Below are positions 50,086 through 63,513 of a stretch of DNA of 64,000 nt, piece after piece. Source of the DNA: Heteronotia binoei. Taxonomy: Eukaryota. A program made the position numbers and the translations under genes. Every line of letters starts with the position of its first letter. Position 1 is the first letter of the stretch. The DNA is taken from positions 79,298,001 through 79,362,000 of the forward strand of contig NC_083229.1 of NCBI RefSeq assembly GCF_032191835.1. The letters run 5' to 3'. A model generated the notes under the pieces. That model worked only from the letters and a program-made list of their open reading frames with translations. It was not told the DNA's origin and did not search any database.

Positions 50086-50834
50086 AATACTGGTGACTAC
50101 AGTCAAGACATTTCAACAAGCAGGTCACAATGTTTTGCAGAATCAGATATTTATCACTTGGGGATGTCAGAAGCCTGATTAGATTCTGTTTCTGCAGCCC
50201 ATCTAATTATTGCTGTTCTACACAGAGACTGCATTGTTGCAATGAAGACACTATGAAAGCAAGTTATCTTTTGCCAATGCTGAAAGCTCTGTTGCTGTAC
50301 TGAGTTAGTTGTATATAATTCCTGAGCAGCCAGAGTAAGAGGTATCAGAGGTGCACAGAATGTAGTGGGAGGAAAGGAAAGGCAACAGGCAAGGATTCCA
50401 GGGGTTAGCACATACAAATTATACCATGGACTGGGCTGACTGGGAGGCATAAGACAATCAGTATGAACAACACAGAGCTATGGAGGCCAAAATTTAGACG
50501 AGGTGCTTGTAAGGGCTCAAGTTTGGGTGTAAGAAGGAAATAGGAGACTCATTAAGCTTGTGGGGCAGGTGGGAAAGGATAGTAAGAGCCACCTAAACAA
50601 AGAATAAATGAGTGCTGATCAGTTTGTAGGGTGTCAAAATGTCCCGGGATAACCTTCCATTCAGAGCTCAGTGGATCTGATGTTATAATGGTTATAAAGC
50701 AATAAGGAACAGTGTTATCATGTATACACCCTAAATACAAACTAAACCCAGAGTTCTCTGCTCTGTGAAATTAGTATTGCAGTGTGAACCTTTGTGATAA
50801 GGATTTTATCATGTTCTGCTCATTTATTATACTA

Positions 50835-51257
50835 TAAATAATAACAATAACAATAATAATAATAATAATAATAATAATACATTTTTTATTTATACCCCGC
50901 CCTCCCCGCCGAGGCAGGCTCAGGGCGGCTTACAGGACATGGCATAAGCCATGTTATAACAATAAAAACAGGATAATACAATTAAATACAATTCACAATT
51001 AAACATTAAATAATCTAAAAACAGTCTAAAACAATATAATTTAGTGATGCTACTATCTCAATTGTGTTAAAGATGGCGTGATGCTTATGCCAGGTTCCAT
51101 CTCAGAAGGCTAGTTGGAAGAGGGTGGTTTTGCACGCCCTACGGAATTGATTAAGATTCCATAGGGCCCGCACCTCTTCTGGCAGCTGGTTCCACCAGTG
51201 GGGAGCCTTTATAAAGAAGGCCTGTTGTCTAGTTGTTTTTAATTTGACCTCCTTAGG
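50835..51257 (-). mobile_element. L2-clade LINE 3' end with (ATT)n tail
   Basis: Minus strand PKEVKLKTTRQQAFFIKAPHWWNQLPEEVRALWNLNQFRRACKTTLFQLAF*, then an AT-rich UTR and GTAAGCCGCCCTGAGCC..TATAAAATAAAAAT(ATT)n. Confidence 0.85.
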
Positions 51258-51519
51258 CTATACAGGATGTATCTTTCTCCTGTATCTCCAGAAGAGAAGG
51301 AAAAATCAGCACAAATCCCTACCTCATTTTTCTGCAAGCTCTTGTATAGGCAGAAAGGCAGTGCTGCACATATGTTGGACCAAGGCAATGAAGGGCTTTG
51401 TATGTGATAGCTAATACTTCATATTCAGCCCAGTGGGCAACCTATGGAGTGACTGCAAAATGAGAGTAACACTCATGTTCCACCTTGATCCTGGTAAAAC
51501 CAAGCTGTTGCATTTGAAT

Positions 51520-51775
51520 CCATTGAAAATGGTACACACAATGTCCTTCAAGTTCTTCCCAACCAGCATCACTTTTATGTTGTCTGAATTAAATTTCAAT
51601 GTTTTTTTTGTTTTCAGACATTTGACCACAGTAGTCAGGCAGTGGCTCAAGACCTCTGCCACATCACCATGGGATTTGGATAGTGATACAGAGCCAGGTG
51701 CCATCTGTATATTGGTTCCAAAGCTGCAAATGACTTCTCTTAAAGACTTTACATAGTTGTTGAATACCACGGGAG
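51520..51775 (-). mobile_element. Decayed L2-clade RT fragment
   Basis: VFNNYVKSLREVICSFG..LSKSHGDVAEVLSHCL..LKFNSDNIKVMLVG resembles the L2 RT core; YADD is lost. Confidence 0.65.
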
Positions 51776-52224
51776 TTTTATTTATTTATTTATTTAAGTT
51801 ATATTTATATCCCTCCCTTCCCAAACGAGAAATTGCACCATGTAGAACGCCACAAGACAACCCCACACTGAAGATAGTTGGTCTTAAACAGCAGAGTCCA
51901 ATCCATGAGGAATTATTTTAACCAGTCCAAGGCACATCCCCTGATAGCTGTTTCTGCCTCCAAATGCCTCAACAGGATAGCATGACCTATGGTATCATAT
52001 CAGTGTATAAGCAGTGGCTAGGGGTGAGACTTGTTTTTAAGTAATAGAAGTGCTTCCACTTTAAATTTATTTATTAGTTACAGTATTGATCCTGAGTATT
52101 TCAGTGGAACCTATTATTGTAAAGTTATGTGAAACTGCTGCCTTATACAAAGTTAACATTTAGCCACTTTCTCAGCATTGTCCACACAGCACAGAAAGGT
52201 CTTCACAAACCTGATCATGAGTTG

Positions 52225-52304
52225 TGTTCAGCCAAAGATGCCAGGGATTGAACCTGGGACCTTCTGCATGCAAAGCATGTGCTCAACTAGTGAACCACAA
52301 CCCC
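52225..52304 (-). mobile_element. tRNA-derived SINE 5' head (Squam2-like)
   Basis: Minus strand GGGGTTGTGGTTCACTAGTTGAGCACATGCTTTGCATGCAGAAGGTCCCAGGTTCAATCCCTGGCATCT. Confidence 0.7.
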
Positions 52305-53638
52305 ACTCTTAGCATACCAATCACAAGTTAGTGTTATGCTCTCTCCATTTCAACCAATTGACCTTTTGAAAGCTGGCTACCAGACAGATAAAGACTTGAA
52401 ATCGATGCACTGACCCTAGTAGCTAGATGTGATCCTGCTTTTAAAATATCAGTGAACAATATGGAAATGTGATTGGAAACGCTTATTAGTCTCCTTTTAA
52501 CACCACACTTATAAACACAAAGCTTGTTGAATGGATGTGAATGACATTATAGCTGGCTAACTCTTAAAAACATCTGTGTGATTATCAATTTAAGCTCCCA
52601 TTATTTGGCACTAATTACTACACAGAGCTGTTAAATATTTAGCAGTAGCTTGTTTAATTGGCTTTGACCTATAAAGAAGTATGTACATTCCATGGGTTCA
52701 GTTCGTAGAGTCAGTTCTATGCTTACAACTGAGTTAGTTGAGAAGAGATAGTCACATAAAAAATAAACACCTTACAGCTTGTCAGGTTCTTGCTTTTTCA
52801 TTCTCTCCCTGTCACAGATTTAATTGTCTTGAAGGTATCTAAAATTAAGGCACAGAGAAAGTACACAATGCGTGGATGTAAAATGAGAAAGGTCATACTT
52901 AAACTTGTTTACAGATGTTCTAGTTTAAAAAGCACCAGCATGATAAATTAAACATTACAGGGGGAAAAATTAAAACATAGCAACAACTGGCACATGAACA
53001 CATCTGTCCATAATGCACTGACTTAATCCTTGAATATTTGATTAGGTGGTCTCGCCTATCAAAGCCTTCTGTCCCATGTCACTACTGCTCTAGAGCTGTA
53101 GCACAGAAACCTGAGATTGGCTTCTGTTTTCTCTCTCTTTTGGCTGTGCCTAACACAGACATGATGTGCTTAACAAAATGACACGTCTGTGTCCTTTAGT
53201 TACCCAAACCCTTGTGTCCATCTCTTCCTTCCATGGGGGGAGGGGGGCAATTGTATGTATGTCACGTTGAATTCCATGGTTGAAGAAAAATAGTTAAGAG
53301 GAACAGAGCTGGCTCAATTGCCAGTTTTTTACCCATGTGTCTTCCCAAGTCTATTTCATCATGTATATTAAAAACAGCTTCAGAACGTGTTCAGCTTGCA
53401 TCACAGACCAGGGTTTTTTTAGGTTGAAATACTCAAACACATATTGGGTCTAGCTTACTCGTTGCCCACTGATCATGAGCATGGAGTAAGGACTGCTCCT
53501 CTGGCAGCAGCCACTTGCTTTAACTCCAAACTAACTCCTGAGCATCAAGGAACTTCCAGAATTCAAGGTGTGGTGTTGAGGCTGCAGATGGTGGAGGGGA
53601 GAATCAGGAGAAACTTCCTGCATCCAAACCTACACAGA

Positions 53639-53925
53639 GGTCGTTTTCGCACTCCCCTCCAGCCGGCGCGACCCCCCTCTTCACCGCGCAGGATCTGCAC
53701 GGATTTCGCACTAAATGCTGCGGAGCAGCCTTTTGCGCCGGAAACTCCCATCGCAAAAGCTGCTCAAACGTAAATCGCCAAAAAGCAGTTTGGCGTTTGA
53801 GCGGCTTTTGCGCCGGGAGTTTCCGGCGCAAAAGGCTGCTCCGCGGCATTTAGTGCGAAATCCGCGCAGATCCTGCGTGGTGAAGAGGGGGGTCGCGCCG
53901 GCTGGAGGTGACTGCGAAAACGACC
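53639..53925. mobile_element. CpG-rich palindromic MITE (3-bp TSD, PIF/Harbinger-like)
   Basis: Inverted arms of about 130 bp from GGTCGTTTTCGCA to TGCGAAAACGACC, a short loop, and AGA on both flanks. Confidence 0.8.
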
Positions 53926-53984
53926 AGAGATAAATTTCAGGCTTGGTCTACACATAGGAGAACAAAGTAGAATGCCATGGTGAT

Positions 53985-54262
53985 AGAAGAAGAAGACTAC
54001 AGAAGAAGAAGGACGTTGCCCTTGCCTCTGAATCAGAGACACAGAGCGGCTTACAATCTACTCTTCTCCCCCCACAACAGACACCCTGTGAGGTGAGTGG
54101 GGCTGAGAGGGCTCTCACAGTAGCTGCCCTTTCAAGGGCAATCTATGTGAAAGCTATGGGCTGACTCAAGGCCATTCCAGCAGCTGCAAGTGGAGGAGTG
54201 GGGAATCAAACCCGGTTCTCCCAGATAAGAGTCTGCACACTTAACCACTACACCAAAGTGGC
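53985..54262 (-). mobile_element. Squam3-like SINE
   Basis: (GAA)n tail, conserved body, head ..CTTAACCACTACACCAAAGTGGC on +. Confidence 0.9.
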
Positions 54263-56059
54263 CCGGACTATACCATTTTATACCACAGGTCTTTTATATA
54301 CATCTCCATTTAAAAAAAAAATCTCTTTCAGCTTGTAATATGAAGTTATACGGCTCATTATAACTATAATATTTTGCTCCCTAATTTCCACATTGTTCAT
54401 TGCTCTGCTGCATGAGAGGACCAGCCTCTGATCCATACAAAAGTATTGGTAGCTCATTTTTCTGTTGCCATTGAGGTAGGGTTCGGATGCCCTTGGTCGA
54501 CAATTATTTGCTTCTTTCCACTGTACTGAGTCACAATACAAGTTGCTTCTTTTTCACACAATACAAAAATGGTCATATATTCTCCTATTTTGGGGGGAAT
54601 TTAGGAAGGCATCTAGTGATCCATGACAGGAAAGCTACTACTCTTTGTGGGATTGCCTCCCTTACAGAAAAGTCTGAAGAGTACCAAAATTATGGTAAGA
54701 CCAAGACTAATCATAGGTAGATTTTAAAAAAAAAAAAAGTAGCACCATTTTTCTTGTTGACAACGGCCTTTGCCAATTTAGATGCTCTGAAACTGCCTAG
54801 TATTTGATTAAATCTGGGATGGGACGACTGAGCCACAAATATTTCTCTGATATTCTGGGATGTCTATGAAGCAGAACTTCATCTTGGGTGAGGGGAATAA
54901 CATTTCCATCAGGAGCAGAGCTTCTACCACCCCTAGATGGATTAGTTTATGGCATGCCAATTGATTGTTAAGCAACCAAAATGTAAATACTGGTAGTGAC
55001 TGATGGTTTTCTGTTGAGGGTATGTTTGATTTCTGTTGACTTTGTAAACCACTCTGACTGGAGACCTACATTTTTCATCCGTAGACAAAAACTCTCCCAC
55101 TGCAGCCCATAAAATGCTATCCCTGAGGAACGGGGGATCCTGAGGAACAGCATGAGGAAAGTCTGTAGTAGGAAGGAGGTGGAACTTACCACTTTAGTCC
55201 AATTCAACCTATTAAGTCTGCTACTTTTGGAAGTTCTAATTATGCTGTAAGAAGCATAATATACCACAGTAGCCCTTCTGTCCCCATTTTCTAGCCATTT
55301 CAGATCTTGACGTTTGCTGTTGCTCTCTCACCTTTTTCTGTGATGGTGATATAATGACATCCAGAGAGTGTTAGATGTTACTGTGTAGAATGGTGTTAAA
55401 TGTCAAAAGAAAATTCAGCAGTTTCTTTGCAGGCTCATCATGAGTGAACAGAAACAAAAGAACAAAGAAAGCATCTCTGTAATCCGGAGACATAAAGTGC
55501 AGTGTTTATTATGCATGTGTCAAGTAAGAAAACATGCAAGCAGAAGGCATTACCCAAAGAAGGCAATAGCATTGCATGCTTAAGCATAAGTAGCCAAGCT
55601 TATAAAGAATAAAACCCTAATTCACCTAAAGCATTTAGACATGTGGCTTAAGGCCTCCAACACTACAGTTTCATGTTTGAGATCTCTCTTCATGTTTAAG
55701 GTATTTCTTTTATCTTCAGAGAGCTAGATTAAGGTCTTGTTCTGGGCAACAAATTTATACATTGTTTTTAGAATAACACATTATGAAGTTCAGATTCCTT
55801 ACCCAGCCAGCAGAATCCTTAAGCTTAAGCACCCTGCATCTTTTCCTTCCTCCTTTAGAAATCAGCTTAATAATTAAACATTTTCTTAGCAAACCATAAT
55901 TTATGTTCAAACCACAAACTGTGGTTTGCCAGCTTCCCACTAAACTAATCTTCCAAATCATGGTTTAGTCCTGACTCACAATCCTAGCTGAAAAGGATGA
56001 GGAGAACCACAGTTCATAGTTTGGACAGAATAACACATTCTTGATTTTCCATAGCAGTG

Positions 56060-56510
56060 ATGGTGGAAAGTACTGTCAAGTCACAACTGACTTAACAGTT
56101 ATCCTATAGGGCTTTCAAAGTAAGAGATGCCCAGAAGTGGTTTGCCATTGCCTGCCTCTGCATAGTAACCATGGGCTTCTTTGGTGTTCTCCCTTCCAAA
56201 TACTGATCAGGGTTGACCCTGCTTATCTTCCCAGCCCCAACAAGATCAGTAGGGTTACCCGGTCCCCTGGCCACTGGCAAGGGTGGGGAGGTTAGGTTGC
56301 CAGATCCAGGTTAGGAAACTCCTGGAGATTGAGGTCTGGAGCCTGGGAAGGACAGGGATCTCAGTGGGGTACAATGCCATATAGAGTCCACCGTCCAAGC
56401 ATGCATTTTCAGTGCGGGAACTTATCTCTGTATTCTGGAAATGAGCTGTACTTCTGGGGGATTCCCAGGTCCCACCTAGAGACTGGCATCCCTAGCAGGC
56501 TAGCCTGGCC
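56060..56510 (-). mobile_element. 5S rRNA-derived SINE with a BovB/Sauria-type tail, interrupted by a hAT MITE
   Basis: Minus strand CTGATCTTG..GGAAGATAAGCAGGGTCAACCCTGATCAGTATTTGGAAGGGAGA resembles 5S rRNA box A to box C, followed by GGCAATGGCAAACCAC..GTTGTGACTTGAC. Confidence 0.75.
56250..56494 (-). mobile_element. hAT (Blackjack-like) MITE with a doubled end
   Basis: TAGGGTTACC at 56250, internal TAGGTTGCCAG at about 56294, ends TGGCATCCCTA; no clean TSD. Confidence 0.65.
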
Positions 56511-57475
56511 CCCCCAGGTCAGGGATTTCCACAGCAGTAGAAGTAATTACTGAGCTGTACATGTGTGTGCGACCTTTGGGCCCATCTGAATCATATCTTA
56601 TTGGTGGGCCAGTAGATGTATTTATATTTAGACCTTACTCTGCTATATTAAAAGTATAATACAGATATTTGTTTGAAAGTGTATCCTCCTCTGAAGATCT
56701 CAGAGAAGCTCCCATATGGTTCCTGTGTCGTTAGACCATTATCTGAACTTGCAGCCATCCTAACCATGTTAGCTTTCTTCTCATTATGATGGCTGTAGAG
56801 CTTCCTCTAACTATATAATGGCCAAAATCTTGGTAGTTATCTATGTCAAGTAGAACCATTTTGAGAGAAGAGAAATGTTGGCTAGTCATAACTGGGTGGG
56901 GGTTTTTTATGTTGCTCTCTAAAATTATCTTAATATTATTATGGTTCCTTTGCTTCATGTCCTTGAATGTTTCAGACACACACTCCAGTTTTGAAGAAGA
57001 TATGTGATAGCTAGGGAAGTGATAAACTGGAAGTATACTGAAAGCCCTCAAAATCTTATTGATAATGGAACTTAATTCTGTTTGGCATTAGGGTTCTAAT
57101 TGACAGTTTGCTGGGTGTATCATTTTTATTTTGCCCCCAGCCCTCTGCCAAGGAAATCCAGCATCTCGTCATTCTCAACAGACAAATTGAAAACTATCAT
57201 AAAGAGGTTGGGAGGGAGGGCGCGAGGAATGAGGGTATAGAAGCAGAAAATCTTGATTAGAAAGTATAATTTAATAGAATGTGTATTGAACCAAATGTAT
57301 TGATTAATGTGGAGGATATAGTACTTATATTGATTCAAGCTAGAGATTTAGTACTAAAAGCTGTAAACCAAAAAGCTGTTGCAGATTGCTACAAAAGTCA
57401 GTTTAATGCTGTCCTTGAGAATGCCTTCACAAAGAAATTCTTCCAATGTTTGAGGAGTAGGTAGAATGCTGTATA

Positions 57476-57735
57476 NNNNNNNNNNNNNNNNNNNNNNNNN
57501 NNNNNNNNNNNNNNNNNNNNNNNNNNNNNNNNNNNNNNNNNNNNNNNNNNNNNNNNNNNNNNNNNNNNNNNNNNNNNNNNNNNNNNNNNNNNNNNNNNNN
57601 NNNNNNNNNNNNNNNNNNNNNNNNNNNNNNNNNNNNNNNNNNNNNNNNNNNNNNNNNNNNNNNNNNNNNNNNNNNNNNNNNNNNNNNNNNNNNNNNNNNN
57701 NNNNNNNNNNNNNNNNNNNNNNNNNNNNNNNNNNN
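57476..57735. other. Assembly gap (N run)
   Basis: Run of N. Confidence 1.
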
Positions 57736-59321
57736 CCCGTACAGATACATTTAAAGAAAGCTTTATTTTGAGTGGGCAGGAGATGAAATGCAGGACTTGC
57801 AGGCATTTCCTAAGTCAGCTATATGCCCGAGCACAGAGGTGACCTTAATGGGTCAGAGAAGAATGCAGGTCAAAAGACTTATTATCCAGCCTGTTGGAAA
57901 CCAATTGCTTTTGTTTTGTTTTTTTTCTTTTTAAAAAAATGGTGTTTAAAGGTTAGTAATGTAGAAATGTGTTTTACAACTTGAAGCTGTATTGGAATGC
58001 AGTAGGCTTACCAAAAGGGGGTGGGGAATGTTGGAACAGATATGAGTTTTTAAATGTAGATTTCCCATCAATTGTAAAATGTTAGTATACCATAATTAGT
58101 TAATCAGTGAAGATTGATTACTAGTGGTTTCCTTCTTGAATTAAGGAGAAAAAAACATGCTGCTGTGATACTGTCACCATCTGTCGAACAATAACATCCC
58201 CATTTAATCTTTATATTTCTTTATTTGTAATCTGCTATTGAGCAACAATTGCATTCTATTTCATTCAGCTTTGAAATATCTCATTTAAATTGAATGCAAC
58301 TGCACTTCACATTAGGGATTCTAATGGGATGGTGAATTAGTGGAAGCTTTTTTTTCTTGGGAGTTTTTTTCTTTTTCTGTTTCTCCCTTTTTTCTCTTAA
58401 CAACTGTTTACTGTAAGAATTTAGTTCAGGTAAATAGAGAGATGCTTTAAAACAGCTGCAGCAGAAAAACAACTGCCCTCTTTCTGCGTAAAAAGATTTT
58501 CTTTACTCAATGTGGCAGTGAAAACTGGATAAGACTTTAATGTTCTAGAACAGGAAGGGTCGAGAGGCAGGCAATAATTTCTCAAAGATATGAGAACAAT
58601 CCACTGTTTTAAGACATTGAGCTGTGACTAGGTCATGAATAGGGACCTGTCAGCTTCTGGAACCTCTAGGCTGCATATTTATCTATGGCTGTGCAAGTAT
58701 TAAGCCTTCTTCATCTTAATGGGCTATTTGCCTTTATTTAAAAGCTCACTAAGTATTTTAAGGGTCTTTATCCTGGATCAGGTGATGGAATCATGTTGCT
58801 CTGAGGAATGTAAAAATTACCAAAGTACCTACCTACATTTGTGCTTAAAAGAAACTACATTTTTAAAGAGGTTTTCCAGTGTTGTTGATGAGTGGATTGG
58901 AGGGCAGGTGCTATCACTATTATTCATTGTTGTAACATTAAAGGTCACCCCCCCCCCCCATTTCTTTCTGTCTGTCTGTCTGTCTCCCTCTCTAACTCTC
59001 TCTCTTACACACATACAGATACATGTGGAGTTTACCACTTAATGTGTATAATTGTTGTCTTGCAAAAAAAGATGCGTAATGAGAAGTTAAAAGTGGCAAT
59101 TTCAAATTTAGCAAACCATATTAATTCTAATGTATTTAATATTTATTTTGGAACATTAATATTTCACCATTTCCTAAGACTATGCCCAAGCAGCCCCCCA
59201 ACACATAAATAACACAATTATGTAAATAAATATTAATGATACAATTCTAATGACCTTAGAACATCAAGAGTTAAAACCCAAGAATAATATTTTCTGAAAT
59301 TGAAAAACAAGTATTCCAACA

Positions 59322-59958
59322 TAGGATTGCCAACTCCAACTCAGGAAATATCTTGAGACTTTGGGGGTGGAGCTGCGAGACTTTCCTATTCCAAATAAAT
59401 AATTAAAATACAGCAGTACAGTAACCCTGAATACAGTCTTCATTTCGTCCTCCTCTTTTTTGCCTTCAAAGGGTTCCCCAGCACTTGTACTTCCACTATA
59501 TGAAAGTGAACACACACACACCCTCACAAAGCAGCCATAATAAACAGTTTGCAGGCTCACACTTCTGTGATCTCACTGTGTCAGTTTACTCATGGGAGTT
59601 GCTGAATGTAGCACTCCGCTGTATTTCAGCCAACTTCTTCAGACTAACACAGGAAAATGAGAGTGCTGAGCAGAGCAGTCTAGGAGTGGAGTTTTCTTCC
59701 ATCCCATAATCAGATTCTGGTTACTATCCCTTTTACTATGCAAATGACTTCTGAAACCAATGCAAAACAGGGAGACTGGGCTCCCTCTCTTCCTCTCTCA
59801 TGCACTAACTGGGAAGAGTCATGTGGCTCTGCCTGCTCAACCCCTCCCCCTCGCAGCTTTAGTCTCACTGAGATTTAAAGGCACACACACACTGGTGGTG
59901 GGGAGGAGCCTGAAAAACTAGGAGATCCCCTGCCAGGACCTGGGAGCTGGCAAGCCTA
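59322..59958 (-). mobile_element. hAT (Blackjack-like) non-autonomous element, 637 bp
   Basis: TIRs TAGGATTGCCA / TGGCAAGCCTA; perfect TSD TTCCAACA. Confidence 0.9.
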
Positions 59959-60064
59959 TTCCAACATGAAAAGGCCTACAACTGTTTCCCAACTGTGTTT
60001 CTACATCAAAGGGACTCTCCTGCCACAGAAATTCAAAGTAGACATTGGGGATATCAGTACAGGT

Positions 60065-60592
60065 TAGGGTTGCCAATCCCCAGGTGGGGGCAGGGGATCC
60101 CCCGGTTTGGAGGCCCTCCCCCCGCTTTAGGGTCGTCAGAAAGCGGTGGGGGGGAGGGAAATGTCTGCTGGGAACTCTGTCATTCCCTATGGAGATTTAT
60201 TCCCATAGAAAATCAAGGAGAATTGATCCACGGGTATCTGGGGCTCTGGGGGGGCTGTTTTTGGGGGTAGAGGCACCAAATTTTCAGTATAGCATTTAGT
60301 GCCTCTCCCCAAAATACCCCCAAGTTTCAAAAAGATTGGACCAGGGGGTCCAATTCTATGAGCCCCCAAAGAAGGTGCCCCTATCCTTCATTATTTCCTA
60401 TGGAAGGAAGGCATGTAAAAGGTGTGCAGTCCCTTTAAATGTGATAGCCAGAACTTCCTTTGGAGTTCAATTATGCTTGTCACAGCCTTGATCTTGGCTC
60501 CACCCCTAATGTCTCCTGGCTCCACCCCCAAAGTCTCCTGGCTCCACCCCCAAAGTCCCCAGATATTTCTTGAATTGGACTTGGCAACCCTA
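60065..60592 (+). mobile_element. hAT (Blackjack-like) MITE, 528 bp
   Basis: TIRs TAGGGTTGCCAA / TTGGCAACCCTA; perfect TSD GTACAGGT; subterminal (TGGCTCCACCCC..)x3 repeats. Confidence 0.92.
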
Positions 60593-62733
60593 GTACAGGT
60601 TGAGGGGGGTATAGTCCACAGGGTTCACTGAATTTTACATAGAACAGAGAAAGAATGAACTCAGGGAAGTCACACAGTGTTGATTGTTTTCCAGAACAGC
60701 AGTTTAAAAAAAAATCTGTCCTTAAATGTACTGTGTGGCCTTTTAAATGTACTGTGTCCCATTCTCAGAGCTACATACACAGAAGCTCTTAACTCTAATA
60801 TCAGTTCTCCCTGTGCTCTGAAAACTCCCATGTTCATGTCAACAGGCGCCTATCTTCTGATTTCCCCACTTGCATCAACTTCCATTGTCATGGAAGTGGG
60901 AGTTCTGAGCACATGGAAAGATGAGAATATCACAGCTGAAATCTACTGTGTGGATAATAAAGGAAAATTTTGCCCTAAATTTTTAAACACAACATTCTTT
61001 ATATAAAAAAATCCTTAAAACACAAGCTCCAGCCATTCATAACTGGGATTAATGGTTGCAATTTTCAGTCACTTAGACAAGGGGTCTCTAAGAGACACTT
61101 CCCCCCCCCCCCCTACAATATAATATGGTTCTCTGTGGGATTAAAGAATTGTTCTTTTTTCCTTATCTCTTCCCTTCCATCTTTCACCTCTTTGTCTCAT
61201 AAATGTTATATCTGTGCTATGCTTTTCCTGTTAGCATATATAAAACAGTTTCTCTCTCTAGGCTAGTAGATCTCCCGTTGTCCATTGATGGTTTGTAAAA
61301 CAAAAAGGAGTAACATGTACACGTTGTGTCAATTGCTGAAATTCAGAGAGATGGCTTTAGATCCCTAGTCCATATACCCATGTAGAATATGTTTGGGTCT
61401 TGGTTTAACTAGTGATTTTTCTCCCTGCTCTTTCCCTTGGACTAATATCTTTGTTACCTCTTGAGAATCTTACTGTGCAGCAAGCTGTATTGGCTGTGGG
61501 ATGCTGAAGCAGGATCGAGCAGAGATTAATCCTATGGTTTATTTTCACTTTAGTGCTTTCATTTTTTTTTTAATTTAAAAAGGCCATGCGATTTGAGTTC
61601 CATGCACATATGAACAATATTTTCAGTTGCTTCATGCAATGCAGTATGACTTTTCTAAACCTTAAAGTGGCCATATGTGACCTCATGTCTCTTTTTTAAA
61701 ACAAAGTCAGGGCTTATTAAAGTACATAAGCTATTTTCCAGCATTGCAGGTTTCTTTTCATTCCTATTATCATAAGAGATAAGAGCCTCATGTGCCAAAG
61801 CAGTCCATCTGCTGTAGGCAGCGTGAGGAGCCTTGTAAATGTATAGAGCTCTAGAAAGGAAAGACAGATTTCCAGAAGATAGCACACATTCTCATGTGGG
61901 ATGATCAAATACTAAAAGTAGACTGAAACATGAGAACACAGATGCCCTTTAGATAATACTGCAGCAATGTGAGAGGTCCTTTTTTGTGATTTCATCCCAT
62001 AGCACTACTATAATATTTAAAGATCTGAAACTACATGCATGGTTCTGGATACTGCAATCAATCCACAGACATGGATCAGGGAAAAAATCTTGCTGCACAG
62101 TGTTAGGAGGCAACAAAGCCACCAGTGTAGCATGGCTAGGCACAAAACAGCAGTCCTGATGTTCCCTCTTTTCACACCCTTGGAGTGAAGACGATATGGA
62201 AGCTTCATTTGCACTTAGTGACATTCACAAAGTGATTGTTAGCTATACAGCAATTCAGAAGTGGCTCTCATAGCATATCATGACTAAGAACAGGCATGAA
62301 ACAACCCACAAGAACCACAGGGCTTTTGGTGCCTCTTAGAAATGTTCAAATGCAAATATTTGCCCTAATTGTACATTTATGTGATTTCCTCCATTGTGGA
62401 ATATAGAAGCTTTCTGCTTCTGTTTAGAAAGAAATGACTACCTCCATTGTCAACAGATGCAGAAACTTTTTAAGTTTGTGGGGGGAGGGGTTGCTTCTGA
62501 GTTGTGACACATGAAGACACATTCACATTCTGAAGTTCTATCTCAGTCCATGTGTATATTTTACACAAAAGATACTACAACATGATGACACAGAAAAGTC
62601 ACAGTGACTGAAATGAAAATAAATTCTTAGATTGTTAATTGTAAAGTCATCATCTGTTGGCCATAATGGCCAGTATCTTCAGGTTCTAATATCTATTATT
62701 GCTTTGTGAAAAGCATTAGGAAACCATATAGCC

Positions 62734-62867
62734 CAGGGGTGGCCAATGGTAGCTCTCCAGATGTTTTTTTGCCTACGACTCCCATCAGCCCCAGCCATTG
62801 GCCATGCTGGCTGGGGCTGATGGGAGTTGTAAGCAAAAAACATCTGGAGAGCTACCGGCCACCCCTG
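62734..62867. mobile_element. Palindromic hAT MITE, 134 bp
   Basis: TIR CAGGGGTGGCC; almost the whole element is self-complementary; perfect TSD ATATAGCC. Confidence 0.92.
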
Positions 62868-62958
62868 ATATAGCCTAATTTTTAACATCTTAGCTTTGGT
62901 AGAACTATTGTAATAATGTAGTACTTTTCATTCACATCTGAAAGTCATGGCTGCAGCT

Positions 62959-63206
62959 GAGAGCCAGCTGTGGTATAGTGGTTAAGAGCGGCGGATTTTA
63001 ATCTGCAGAACCGAGTTTGATTCCCCACTCCTCCACATGCAGCTGCTGGGTGACCTTGCATCAGTCACAGTTCTCTCAGAGCTCTGTCAGCCCCACACCT
63101 ACCTCACAAGGTGTCTGTTGTGGGGAGAGGAAGGGAAGACAATCATGGGCAACTCTGAGAATCCTTTGGATAGCAAAGGTTGGAATATAAAACCAACTCT
63201 TCTTCT
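62959..63206 (+). mobile_element. Squam3-like SINE
   Basis: GAGAGCCAGCTGTGGTATAGTGGTTAAGAG head; (CTT) tail. Confidence 0.85.
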
Positions 63207-63513
63207 ATCATGAGATCTATTTTATTTTTATCTTCAAAATGATGCTCTTAAAAGTCATATCTGTATATACATAAACATGTAAACATACATGCTTATGGTT
63301 TTAGAACTGTTCTGTATATTAGGTAGAACATGTTACATTCTGGGATGTACTGTGGTTGAAATATTAAAAATTACCTATGTGGTGCTGCTTTTGAAGGTAA
63401 CATAACAATTCCAGCTGGTGCAGAATGCAGCAGCCAACCTTTTGGTTGGTACTGGATAGCACTCACACATAATTCCAACTTTATGATTGTTGCACACTTT
63501 GTGTTATGTTTCC

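Noticed and set aside
49728-50096. 122-aa + strand ORF
   Set aside because: It lies antisense within a solo LTR and runs past its terminus; not conserved as an ORF in the sister LTR.
53444-54042. Four ORFs with similar peptides on opposite strands
   Set aside because: An artefact of the GC-rich palindrome.
56186-56249. 5S rRNA gene
   Set aside because: Partial, diverged, interrupted by a MITE and fused to a LINE-type tail.
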